Source of the DNA: Leucoraja erinacea
Taxonomy: Eukaryota
Direction of reading: 5' to 3'
Length of the DNA: 64,000 bases
Assembly: GCF_028641065.1 (NCBI RefSeq)
Contig: NC_073377.1
Coordinates: 97,278,001 to 97,342,000 of the forward strand
Each line of letters starts with the position of its first letter. Position 1 is the stretch's first letter. Shown piece after piece: positions 12,401 through 24,589 of the stretch. A program made the position numbers and the translations under genes. The notes under the pieces were generated by a model. The model searched no databases. It saw only the letters and a list, made by a program, of their open reading frames with translations, and was not told the DNA's origin.

Positions 12401-13035
12401 AGGCCACACAGAGTCCGTTGATCCATATCCAGCAAAATGTTGTGATAATTGCATAGAAGGTATTATTGTCTAAGAAATTTGGTGTGGAATGATAATCCAT
12501 CTCAGTACTCATTTAGGCAAGTCCTAAGCTATATACTTTTCCCCCACCCCCAATCCCCCTCGCCCGATCTTCATTGAACCTACCATTCGACCCAATATTT
12601 TACTCAGCTGCTGTAACGTTTCCTTCCCATCAAAATCTCTGTGTAGCATCTCTGTCCCTATCTTCCAATTCCCACTTTGAAATAAAATACAACTTTCGAC
12701 TTAAATATTTCGCAGCAGGATCGCTATATAAATGCAAATATATGGTATTTTATCACAGCATCCCCCCCCCCCCTTACCATCACACAAGTGTAACTTGAAG
12801 CATTTGCATTTGGAGACGTTCGATACGGACCAGGAATGCAAATTAATTGCTATGAATCGATTAACAGCAAGCTATGAGGTGAGATTGAAACACCTGTCAG
12901 AGGGCGAAGAAACAATCCTGAGTTGATGGCGTATTGTTTTAAGTGAGCGTTTTGCAACGACCTTACCATATTCTTACCACGGAAATCTCCTATTTCACTT
13001 TGAAATTATATTCATTTATAACCGTTTGTAACATC

Positions 13036-13795
13036 AGTATCAAAGGTATCAAAGGTTTTTATTAGTCACATTCACATACACCCAGGTGTAATGAAGTGAA
13101 ATGCTTTTTGCCATTTTGCAGCACACAAAGAAAGAATACAGACATAACACCAATGAGTGTTAAACACAAAGAACATCCCCCCACAATGGCTCCCACCATG
13201 AGGGAAGGCACAAAGTCCAGTCCCCAACCCCAGTTCACCCTTAGTCGGGCCTATTGAGGTCTCCACATGGTCTCCACATTGCTTCTACGGAGGCCCGTGT
13301 TCCTGGCCGTTCTCGCCGGGTGATGTTGCTCCGGCGTCGGGAGAGTCCTCACAGCGGCATGGGAACCCTGGAACGGCCGCCTCCGTACTGGAGGCCGTGG
13401 CTTCAGAAGCCTCACAGCGGCATGGGAACCCTGGCGAACGGCGCGCCTCCGCTCCCGGTGTGTTCGGCGCCGGCTGGTTTCTGAAGCTCCGCGACCCAGC
13501 GGTCTCAGGCTCCAGCGCGGCGCCAGGTTGGAGCGCCCCTCAACTGGCGATCCTCGCTTGCGAGATCCCAGGCTCCCCGGTGTAAAGTTCGCTCCAGGCC
13601 CGCTGGCCGCCCGCAGGCTGGTCGAAGCTGCAGCCCGGAGAAAACAGCCTCTCCCGACCAGCTCCGCGATGTTTTACCCGGCGGTCTCAGCCCCCCCCCC
13701 ACACATAAAAAAGTCTAGACCTCCAAACAAAACACTTTAACTAACTAAAAATAAAAATAAAATGGTGAAAAGACAGACAACTGCTGGCAGTAACC
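13036..13795 (-). mobile_element. GC-rich non-autonomous retroelement with Rex1-like tail
   Basis: Reverse complement ends gtgactaataaaaa followed by short cctttgata repeats. GC-rich core with a 25-bp direct repeat (cctcacagcggcatgggaaccctgg). T-rich 5' part. Confidence 0.5.
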
Positions 13796-14079
13796 ACCTT
13801 GATGTTCGTGCATTTAGTACCGGGTATGCTTGAAACAATTTATTGTAATGTACTGTATCTTAAAAAAAAACTATATCAACCAGGTGTGAAAATTACACTG
13901 AATCGAACGATGATTGAAAAGCATGGGAATCGACTAATCATCATCCTGCTGCAAAATTTTTTAGTCGAAAGTTGTATTTTATTTCAAAGTGGGAATTTGG
14001 AGATCGGGACAGAGATGCTACACGGAGATTTTAAACTCGGGAGAGCTCTTGGGTGAACTCGCACAGTGGGACAGGGCTT

Positions 14080-14222
14080 GAGGCAGCATCTATGGAGCAA
14101 AGGAAATAGCTAAAGTTTCGGGCCAGGTCTGAGGAAGGGTTTTGACCCAAAACGTTGCATATTTCCTTTGCTCCACAGATGCTGCCTCACCCGCTAAGTT
14201 TCTCCAGCATTTTTGTCTACCG
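14080..14222. mobile_element. Penelope pseudo-LTR with inverted arms
   Basis: gaggcagcatctatggagcaaaggaaata ... atttcctttgctccacagatgctgcctc inverted pair around ctgaggaagggttttgacccaaaacgtt. Confidence 0.75.
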
Positions 14223-14261
14223 CAAAACGTCAATGATTCTGGGAATGTCGAGAGAGCTAGA

Positions 14262-14322
14262 GAGAGACGAGATAGGGAGCGGGGAGAGAGAGAGAGAGAG
14301 GGAGAGAGAGAGAGAGGGAGAG
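14262..14322. repeat. (GA)n microsatellite-like tract
   Basis: gagagagagagagagggagagagagagagaggg. Confidence 0.9.
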
Positions 14323-14562
14323 AGCAAAAGACAGAGGGACACAACGTGGGTCAGTAGGTAAATTGAATGACTAACCTGCTGCAGACCAAGAAGCTCACCA
14401 AGAAGAAGTCCTCAATCATGATGGTGAGTTTAAAGAAATTCTCAATGTGTCATCAATGCATCGATCTACATTCCTCAGTAAATGTAATTCTGTATTGAAC
14501 AAGTGTTAATGACGCTGCGTGAATTGTATTCAAAAGGAACTCAGCGTCATTAATACTTGTTC

Positions 14563-14862
14563 ATAAGATCATAACTGATAAGAGTAGAATTAGGCCATTC
14601 GGCCCATCAAGTCTACTCCGCCATTCGATCATGGCTGATCTCTCTCTCACTCCTAACCCCATTTTACTGCCTTCTCCTCATAACCGCTGACACCCGCACT
14701 AAGTAAGAATCTATCTATCTCTGCTTTAAAAATATCCACTGACTTGGCCTCCACAGCCCTCTGTAGCAAAGAATTCCACAGATTCACCACCCTCCGTCTA
14801 TAGAAATTTCTCCTCACTGCCTTCCTAAAAGAACATCCTTTAATTCTGAGGCTTTGACCTCG
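14563..14862 (-). mobile_element. CR1 LINE 3' fragment
   Basis: Reverse complement of the CR1 end: gaattccacagattcaccacc, ggccattcggcccatc, cataagatcata tail. Confidence 0.8.
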
Positions 14863-15212
14863 TCAGGGGTGGGAGGTGGGGGGGTGCAGGGAGTCAGATA
14901 GACTGTGCAATGACAGGGGGGATCCCAGTGTGAGAGTGAGTCACCACCTGCGTACAGCGTTCCCACATCTCACTTCTCCACCAAGCAAGGCACACTCCTC
15001 TCTCCCCTCTCCCCCCTTACTTCCCTCTTCCTCCCCCCCTCTCTAAAGTAGGAGGGAGAGGGAGGGGAGGGAGGAGGAGGAGGAGGTAGAGGGAGGTAGT
15101 GAGAAGTAGGGAGAGGGAGATGGGGGGCAGAGGGATATCTAAAGGGTAACTGATTTTGGTCTCCAATCACCTCACAAAGGGCAGCCAACAGTGGTGGTGA
15201 GGCAGGAGACCT

Positions 15213-15340
15213 NNNNNNNNNNNNNNNNNNNNNNNNNNNNNNNNNNNNNNNNNNNNNNNNNNNNNNNNNNNNNNNNNNNNNNNNNNNNNNNNNNNNNNNN
15301 NNNNNNNNNNNNNNNNNNNNNNNNNNNNNNNNNNNNNNNN
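15213..15340. other. Assembly gap (N run)
   Basis: Run of n. Confidence 1.
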
Positions 15341-15523
15341 NCAGCCACGTTTATATCGACAGTTCACTCCACGAGTGTGTGTGTGTGAGCCGAGCAGTTT
15401 CTCATTCTGACTCTACTCCGCGAGCTGCTCGTATTGACAGTAATCGTGTCCAACTCTTAACTGAAAACGTGTGGTTTGCAAACTGAAAATCCCCCCTGTC
15501 TCTCCATTGGCCCCCCCCCCCCC

Positions 15524-15680
15524 ACACACAGACAGAGACACACCCAGACACACACGCAGATAGAGACACACACACACAGCCACAGAGACACGGAAACACA
15601 GACACACACACACACTGCCACAGAGACAGAGACAAACCCAGACACACACGCAGATACACACACACACACAGAAACACAGA
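15524..15680. repeat. (CA/GA)-rich low-complexity tract
   Basis: cacacacagacagagaca repeats flanking the gap. Confidence 0.9.
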
Positions 15681-15709
15681 ATAGAATAGTTTATTTATTG
15701 TCATTGTAA

Positions 15710-15971
15710 NNNNNNNNNNNNNNNNNNNNNNNNNNNNNNNNNNNNNNNNNNNNNNNNNNNNNNNNNNNNNNNNNNNNNNNNNNNNNNNNNNNNNNNNNNN
15801 NNNNNNNNNNNNNNNNNNNNNNNNNNNNNNNNNNNNNNNNNNNNNNNNNNNNNNNNNNNNNNNNNNNNNNNNNNNNNNNNNNNNNNNNNNNNNNNNNNNN
15901 NNNNNNNNNNNNNNNNNNNNNNNNNNNNNNNNNNNNNNNNNNNNNNNNNNNNNNNNNNNNNNNNNNNNNNN
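15710..15971. other. Assembly gap (N run)
   Basis: Run of n. Confidence 1.
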
Positions 15972-16899
15972 GACATACACAGACACAGACAGACACACAC
16001 ACACAGGGTTAAATCCCACCCGTACCCTGGCCTGGACATTAACCCCGACACCAATGTTAACACACTCAAACCTCCAACCTGGTTTTGCTGTTGTACCGGC
16101 ACCAAACGAGTTAACACAACCCCCAGATCTGTTTATCCACAGATTGTCTCCCTCTTGCACTTATCCGGCCTGTTGTCTTTCGTTTCTGCTTCAGGTCTTT
16201 TAACTCTATCCCCCCCCCGACCAAGAGTGGGCCAGTGGGCCAGTATTTTTTTTACATCTTTATTTAACAAAGTGAATTTGTATTTCCATATGAAATACGG
16301 AAAATTAACACGGGGCCCCCCTTGGGCGCGGGGCCCAATTTGGAAAAATCGGTCTAATCGGCCTAAGGCTGGCCCTGAGTGCAGGCAGTCAGAATAGAGG
16401 TGGTGGGTAATTCATAAGATCTTGGTGGGCATTTTGCTCTCCAACCAGTAAACCATTGTAAGTGCTGGTGTGGGTGGTGACGCCTAGCAGAGGATAGCCA
16501 CAAACACAAAGTACTGGAGTAACTCAGCACTTGTTACTTTTTGGTTCAGACTAGCATCTGCAGTTCCTTCTTACAAACTTTGTTTTGCATGTTGCTCAGG
16601 CAAATCATGGGGGGATGCTTTCTGTAGTGCATTTGTAGCAATTGGTAAGGGTTGATAGAAATATGCCAAATTTCCTTAGTCTTCTGAGGAGGTAGAGAAG
16701 TTGTTGTGCTTTGATGGACATAATGTTAATGTGATCGGTCAGGACAAATTGTCAGTGATATTTATGCACAGGAATTTGAAGATCTTGATCATCTCCGATG
16801 CAGCCTGGGGTATATATTCCACACTGCTTCCTGAAGTTATTAACAACCTCCTTAATTTTGCTGAACCTGAGGGAGAGATTGTTCTTTTGATACCATGTC

Positions 16900-17360
16900 A
16901 CGATACGATATGATACGATATGATATAACTTTATTTAACCCAGGAGGGATATTGATCTGCCAAGAGTCATACAAAACGCAACATATATGAAACATGAAAT
17001 TAAAGTGACGAGTCGAAAGGATTGGGGATGTACAAAGATTGGGGAGTGGGGGTAGGGGAGTCAGTCCACCCCACAACAGAAGGGGCAGGAGTTGTACAGT
17101 TTGATCGCCACAGGGAAGAAGGATCTTCTGTGGAGTTCTGTATTGCATCTTGGTGGAACCAGTCTGATACTGAAGGTACTCCTCAGGTTGACCAGTGTGC
17201 CATGGAGGGGGTGAGCTGTAATGTCCAGGTTGCTCTGCAGTTTGAGGAGCATCCTCCTCTCCAAGACCACATCCCATGAATCCAACTCCGCCCCCAGGAC
17301 AGAGCCAGCCTTCCAGATGAGTTTGTTGATCCCCACTAATCTCTCTATAAACATTGCCAT
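16900..17360 (-). mobile_element. Rex1/Babar LINE 3' fragment
   Basis: ORF ...HPLHGTL...RLVPPRCNTELHRRSFFPVAIKLYN, then aataaagttat(atcgtatc)n tail. Confidence 0.85.
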
Positions 17361-17459
17361 GTTTGTAAACTCTCAATCTCCTATCAGATTAAGAAACAGG
17401 AGGTTTTTGAATAGACCAATAGTAATAGACAGACAAGATGGTCTAAAATTAGGTTTGTC

Positions 17460-19525
17460 AAAAATTGCAGCAGGATCTTGATCAGTTGGCCAGGTGGGCT
17501 GAGGAATGGTTGATGGAATTTAATACAGAAAAATGTACAGTATTGAATTTTTAGGTTAAAATGGGTGGGACCTACACAGTGAATGGTAGCTTTGGGAAGT
17601 GTTGTAGAGCAGAGGGATCTAGGAATGCAGGTACATAAATCCTTGGAAGTAGAGTCACAGGTAGATGGGATGGTCAAAACGTTTTCAGAACATTGGCCTT
17701 CATCGGTCAGAGCATTGAGGCTGGACATTGGGAGGTCATATAAGATACAGTTATATAAATGGCACCCATTGGGTCCCAGCATCACATGGGAGGGCTGGTC
17801 CCCCAATGCAATATTCCACCTATCCACCAATTACAATATTGGTGGCCAGTGGGGGCTTTCTGGAGCGCTAGTATGGGTATTGTGGGCTGAAGGGACTGGT
17901 TTCCAGAGGGCTAGTATGGATATTGTGGGCCGAATGGATTCTTGGGCTGGCGGCTCAGCCACTCAAGCCTGTTGTGCTGGCAGCACACTCACTCACGGCT
18001 GGTGGGCTGGCAGTTGACTCATGGCTATTCCTTGAAATTCCATTTCAAGCAGGGTGCAAGGCCACCAAATTCAAGCGCAGTTTCTTACCACTTCAAGCAG
18101 GGTGCAAGGCCACCAAATTCAAGTGTACTTTCATACCATTTCAAGCAGGGTGCAAGGCAACTAAAGACAGCGAGTCGTGACCTTTCCCTCCTCCATCTTG
18201 CAGAGACTGAGCCATGCCCACACTTCTGTATAGTCCTTCCCTCCCCTCCTACCACCAGAAGGGATGTGGCCTTCATGGCGTGATTGACAGGAGAGAGAAT
18301 CTCAACATTGTTTAAACACTAATAACTCTTTTATATTTCATCAATGGGAAAAATCCTTGGCACCTGATGAGCGGGGGGAGGGACTTTGAGTAAGATGGTG
18401 AAAAATCACAGCCGTACGTGGTAGCGTTTTTTCTAAAATCAATATAACGCGCCAACAGGAAGTGGTCAAGATAATTAAGGCAACTTTAATTGGGCAAGGC
18501 AATTTTAATTAGGCAAGGCAACTTTAGCATTTCCAAACCAAAGGCAACACAGCTTTAGCATATCCAAACCAAAGCCAACACAGCTTTAGCATTTCCAAAC
18601 CAAAGGCAACACAGCTTTAGCATTTCCAAACCAAAGGCAACACAGCTTTAGCATTTCCAAACTAAAGGCAACACAAGCTTTAGCATTTCCAAACCAAAGG
18701 CAACACAGCTTTAGCATTTCCAAACTATATTTTCAAACCACATTAAGGGCACTGACAGGTCAGTAAAACCACTCGCAGTCTAGTAGACATGTGTTCAGTG
18801 TTATTCACAGCTCAGACAGAGAGACATGACCCTCTTGCTTCCCCATCTTGCAGAGACTGACTGAGGCACTCAACACTTCCCGGGTTTTATAGTCGGGTGT
18901 GGCCTTCAGGACAGAGAATCTCAACATTTTAAAAATACTAATAACTCTTTTATTTTTCATCAATGGGAAAAATTATCTTGTCCTGCGCAGCGGAGGGGGA
19001 GTAAGATGGCCAAAAATCATAGCCGTAAGTGGCAGCGTTTATTCTAAAATCAATATACAGAACAACAGGAAGTGGTCAAGATCAGACTTTTAGTAATATA
19101 GATTGGTGAGGCCATACTTAAAGTATCGTGTTCAGTTTTGGGCACCATGTTATAGGAAAAATGTTGTCAAGCTGGAAAGGGTTCCGAGAAGATTTACGAG
19201 GTTGCCAGCACTTGAAGACCTGAGCTACAGTGAGAGGTTGAGCAGAATAGGATTCTATTCCTTGGAGCACAGGAGAATGGGGGTGATCTTATAGAGATGT
19301 ACAAAACCATGAGAGGAATAAGGTGGTGGGTGTATGGAATGAGGTAGTTGAGGCAGGCACTATTGCAATATTTAAGAAACATTTAAGACAGGTACATGGA
19401 TAGGATAGGTTTAGAGGGATATAAACCAAACACTGGCAGGTGGGACAAGTGTAGATGGGGCATGCTGACCGGTGTGGGCACGTTGGGCCGAAGGTCCTGT
19501 TTCCCCACTGTATGACTGTATGATT
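17460..19525 (+). mobile_element. CR1 LINE fragment interrupted by Helitron copy 2
   Basis: CR1 RT C-terminal motifs (EQRDLGMQVHKSL; LVRPYLKYRVQFWAPCYRKNVVKLERV) continue on both sides of 17760-19102. Tail ctgtatgactgtatga. Confidence 0.8.
17760..19102 (-). mobile_element. Non-autonomous Helitron (copy 2)
   Basis: Reverse complement starts A|TCTATATTACTAAAAGTCTGATC. Collinear with 1204-2584. 3' hairpin is degenerate and CTAG is lost. 31-bp array at about 18517-18726. Confidence 0.85.
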
Positions 19526-20971
19526 CTGAAATGTGACAGATGTACAGAGCAAGTTTAAACATTTCAGTAATAAAGTTCAGCAAGCTGCAGACAAAATTAA
19601 CCATGTGGGATTACAATGTTATGGCAACAACAAATAGCTAGTGTAATGAAAGGGTCGGAATAAATTTAAAATACGTGTGGATACAAGGATTCCTGGGAAG
19701 AAAGGGAAGGGAAGAAAGGAGGGGGAGTGGCAATGCTGATTAAGGAAAATAGACCATTGCGTTGCTTCTGTTGCCTGGATGTATTCCCAGGAACCAGAGC
19801 TCTAACCAAAATGTGCAAAGAGGGTTCATTATCACATTATACACAGGGAATATGTTACTGACAGGCTGCTGAGTTGAGACTGCTACAATCTCCTGACTTC
19901 CACGCTGCTGCATGCTGCGGTGCTGGGAACTAGGCACACATCTCTGTCCACATTTAGCACTAACACAGCAATGAATTGCCCATGAGGTTCTCATTGGGTG
20001 GACAGAGGTGACTGGTGTCTTCCCTCAGCCCTGAGATATAGTACTCGGATATAATCGGCAAGATGAATGCAGGCCATTGCTGGGGATTAGCTTCATGTGT
20101 CCGGTCTCTCTTCAGCTCCTGCCGGATGCAACACAGTTTGCTGAATTCCCCTCTCCTTGTTTGTCTGCATATCTCTCCATAAAGCCAAACAGGCTCTAGC
20201 TATCCTGACATAGCTTTATGATTAAATAAAATAGAGGGCCATAAGGTAAACATAGTTGATGTGGCAAAATGTATTTCCAAGCAGCATCTGATAAAATGCT
20301 AACAATAGGCAAGATCAAGCTTAATGGAATAAAAGGGGCTGAGCAGAATGCACAGAATTTTGGCTCAGTAACAGGAAACAGAGCTACAGTGCAAGGATGG
20401 GCTGATAGGATGTGGAGAAATCTCCTAAACGTCAGGACTAGAACTCAGGAGGTACAAGAGACTGCAAATAATGGGATCTGGAGTACTGGTTCCCCATTTC
20501 CTCAGCACATTGTTCCACTGTTACATTCCCCTTCCCACTTTGTTCTGTCTGCCTATCACCCACACGCTCTACGCACTAGGCCCCTATACCATTCCCCGCA
20601 TGCCGCCACACCACTGTTCCCATCGGCCCAGCACTTCCCCCCTTTCTGGTTTCAAACATCACCGTAATTTCTTCTCATAACCTGCAGAACCCTGTTGTCT
20701 CCACTCATCACCACTGTGGCTCTCTCTATCCCTCCTTTCTCTCACCGGGCTCCATCTGCCCAGCAATATTTGCTCATCTGGATCCACTAGCACTTGCCAG
20801 CTCCTGCCTCATCTTTCCCTTCACCTCCTTATACTGGCCATCTCCCCTTTACACTTGCAGTCTTGTTGCAGGATCTCAACCTGAAGCATCAACCATTGCT
20901 TGGCCTCCACAGATGCCATTGTGTTTGTCATTTTGTTTTTAGGGCTGAAAATATTACTTTTCTTTAATATA

Positions 20972-21175
20972 AAGGTTCAAAGGTTCAAAGGTTCTTGAAT
21001 AGGTTCTTTCAAGATTAGCGCTCCAGGGCTTTGCCACCGCCGAAGCCGAGGTTCTGGCCGGTAATCTCAGGAAACGACCAGGTAAACACAAAGACTAGAG
21101 CTCCGAAAAACAAAAACTCAACTAACTAAAAATTAAAAAAATAAGTGAAAAAACGGCCAGCTGCAGGCTGGGCAG
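20972..21175 (-). mobile_element. Short relic of the GC-rich non-autonomous retroelement type
   Basis: (aaggttca)n tail and ctaactaaaaattaaaaaaataagtgaaaa segment similar to 13736-13775. Confidence 0.4.
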
Positions 21176-21179
21176 CATA

Positions 21180-21960
21180 CCCATACAGGATGGGATATAT
21201 ATTAATGATTTGGATTTAGTTGTGCAAGACACCATTTCAAAGTTGCAAATGACACAAACTTGGATTGTAATTAATAGTGAGACTTTAAGGTGATAAAGGC
21301 AGGTTACTACAACATCATCTGAACATTTCCCTGCACAAACTCCACAGTTCTTCTTGCAGTTTGATTTTTTGTTACTGCAATGTATGGACAGGTACAAGAT
21401 AAATAATTAATCCTAATAAAAGACTGAGAAGAGGCAATGTAAACTAAAAGGGACACATCTAATCAGGATGCAAGAACAGAGATTCAAGTGTGTACATGTT
21501 TTCACATGCAAAGTGGCATGGCAGGTTTGTTAAGGTAGTTAAAAAAAAATAGACACACCTGGGCTGTATGATTGGAGGCTTGCATTAGAAGACCAAGGAA
21601 GTCATAATGATTTTTTTAAAACAATGTTTTTATTCACAAGTGGAATATTGTTTCCATTTCTGGGAACCACATTATAGGAAAGGCTTTGTGAAGGCCTTGG
21701 AGAAGGTGCAGAAGACAGCTATCAAAATGATTCCAGTAAGGAGGGAGCTTAGTCATGTGTACAGAAGTTGTCCGCATGGACATTGCTAAGAGATTTGATT
21801 GGTTAATTAAAATTTATGGAGGGTGTAGTGAGGTAGATAGAGAGAGGGTGTTCCCATGGAGCAAGAATATATTGTTATCGTATTCCAGACAGCTGGAAAA
21901 GCATTGGATAGGTAGAATTTACTGTGCCGTGAAGAGATGGTTTGGAAGTGCAACCAACTA
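21180..21960 (+). mobile_element. Degraded CR1 LINE fragment
   Basis: YINDLD-like atatattaatgatttggat; VEYCFHFWEPHYRKG..ALEKVQK. Confidence 0.6.
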
Positions 21961-22462
21961 AATTGCTATGGATGCAATGGACCATTCCATGAATCCATAA
22001 TGTGCTTATAAATTTATAGTTTGCTGTTCATTGTCTTCACATAGAATAGTAATAAAGCTGGCTGCCAGCATTGTTAGACCACAGATTAAAGCAAAATGGG
22101 AACTATCAGACTCGGAAGTAGTTACTGTGTGAACAGATTGATGCATATTAAATACTGGAAAGTATGAAAAGGAAATGAACCTGAACTAATGCACCATTTT
22201 TAAAAATGATTCATCCTCCTGGTTTTTACATAAAACTCTGCACTGTTCCTCAAAACATTTCAGAATACTAAAAGCGTAAACATCCAAATATATTGTGCAA
22301 ACCTTCATTTTTGCATTTTGAGTTTCTACATTAAAAATATCTATGACCAATGGAGATTTTAGTTGCTTCAGCTGAGAAAGATTTTGGCTGCTAATCTGAA
22401 CAAATCTATTATGCAGCTGTGAAAGTACACTAACAGAAATGAGTAACTAATCCAAAGACTAA

Positions 22463-22991
22463 AGGGCCTGTCCCACCAGCATGTGATTGTATGCGTCTAG
22501 CGTGACCAAATCTGGTCGCTTGAGGCGTACGGCCTCGATGGGCCCGTCCCACTTCGATCGGCGGAGGAGTACGGAGTTGTGCGGGGCTGGTCCCAAAATC
22601 GCGCGGGGCTCCAAAATACTTGCACTGTCCGAAAATCCCGCCAGCCAACGGCCTGTCAGCCTGCAGGCGCATAGAGGTCAAACGCAGCGTCTCGACGGAC
22701 GTACGCAGCGTCTTGACGCCATACGCAGTGCCTTGACGGCTTATGCCTAGCACGTGGCGTTGCGCGATGAAGTCACCGCCCGGCGTACCGTTGCGTGATG
22801 ATGTCACCGCCCGACGTCCAAATTCAGTCAGCCCGCCCCCCAGCCCAGCTAATTGGTGAGTAAGATGTTGGGACCAGCCCCGTGCAACTCCATACGCCTC
22901 CGCGGTTCGAATTGGGACCAGCCCCGCGCGGCCGTACGCCTCAAGCGACCACGTTTGGTCGCGCTAGACACATGCTGGTGGGACAGGCCCT
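22463..22991. mobile_element. PIF/Harbinger-type MITE
   Basis: TIR AGGGCCTGTCCCACCAGCATG with longer imperfect inverted arms. TAA TSD at 22460-22462 and 22992-22994. Confidence 0.85.
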
Positions 22992-24589
22992 TAAGGGGTC
23001 ATCAAACTGCAATAAACACCCACTGTCACAAGTAAGCAGAATTTTGCCTTTTGTTGCTCATGCCACACCGGCATTATGGTGATGTGCTCTCCAAGCCATT
23101 GCATTTTTTCCCCAAATATTCTGTTTCGCTGAATAATTTCTAGCCCAATATCTTTCAATCTGTTCCAATGATTTTGAACCAGAAACAGATACAGATAGGA
23201 CAATTCATCACTATTTCCAATGTCTCTAAAATCATGGAATTTCCTTCTGGAAATCTGTTCTGATACTTGCTGTTTTCATATGCTTGCATATCCTATTCAA
23301 TTTGATTGTTCCTTATTACCTCTGCTCGTATATAGTACATTGACATTGATTTTAAAACTGCATCGTAATTGAGCTAAACATTTTCACTGCTGACCTAAGG
23401 ATTTCCAGCTTTATACTCCCCTGCTTCATCTTAAGCACATATTCTGTTTGTCTACCTTCTGTTTCTGTAAGCTCACTTCCATTTTCCCATTTCAAAAAGA
23501 ACTGAACCATCATGTTTTTTGCAGCGTAAACATTTTTTGCTGCACAAAATAATTTAGCCAAACTACACAACTCTCTACTCTTGTGCCGCTGTCCCAAAAT
23601 ACACAATTGTCTCAAAGTGCAGGCGACAAGCAAGACTAAAACCTCCACCGCACCCACAGGCCAATCACTCCCCCTCAATACATTGCCATTTCCACCCACT
23701 CATTATCCCAAACCTCAATCCCTTTTGGTGTCAATTTCCAACTCACTCTTCCTGATTTGTACATAATACACCATATTCTAAACAGCCCAACCCTAACCCT
23801 TGTGCTTATTCTGGGTTTCTGTTAAAGGTAACACGGGTAAGTATATAGCATAATAAAACAGTCTGAGATAAAAGGTAGGATGCAAATTTGGAACAATGGA
23901 AAACAAAAAGTGGAATGGACAAATTCAGAGACAATAAAGAGAAGAAAGCTTTCAGCACCTACAAAGTACAATCACTGAGGGCACAAGAGACTGCAGATGC
24001 TGGAATTTGGAACAAAATAGACAAGCTGCTGGAGGAACTTGGCAAGTCAGACAGCATCTGTGGGGCAGAAGAATGGTTGACTTTTCAGGTCAAGATGTCG
24101 CAACAGGATTGATGCAGGGTCTCAATCCGAAACTACAGCTGCCACCTTATGAGCAAGTTACTTATTGTTTTTGGAAATATTATTTCAACACCTCTGCACT
24201 CTGCTTAGATTTGTGAGTCACTTCCTGTTTTTCTTCTCAATTATGACATAAATGACACAAACCAGTCCAACATAATTGAAAGAGGCTGAGCAACATACAT
24301 TGAATGCTGTATTTCATCAATTTAATTAGCATGCTGTGGTACCTATTATGGATAGAAGTAGTGCCCTATGAAATTTAGTCATTTTAATATCATTGTGGTC
24401 CCAAATGTTTTACTTAGTTTATTACGTCAATGTGTCTTACAAACCGTTTTATTTTATCTGAATTACTAATGATGAAACCAGAACTCCTCAAAAGTTGAGA
24501 TAATGCTCCATTCAAGTATGGACATCCCACTTGATCTTGCTGGTGGAAAAGATACATCCATGTGTGGGTGGGCGGTGCGACTCAACTGG

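Larger units (their letters stand above)
11257..16377. mobile_element. Non-autonomous hAT-type (Tip100-like) element carrying nested insertions
   Basis: 16-bp perfect TIR CAGGGCCAGCCTTAGG / CCTAAGGCTGGCCCTG. Perfect 8-bp TSD AGTGCAGG (11249-11256, 16378-16385). Subterminal gggcccaatt(g/t)ggaaaaat near both ends. Confidence 0.85.

Noticed and set aside
15167-16160. Long ORFs in the track
   Set aside because: They span N gaps and CA repeats.
18517-18726. CRISPR-like 31-bp repeats
   Set aside because: Head-to-tail units with no spacers, inside a eukaryotic Helitron; this is a minisatellite.
19760-20190. Unique-looking segment between CR1 pieces; possible retrocopy or exon
   Set aside because: The frames I checked gave no recognisable protein or consistent splice sites.
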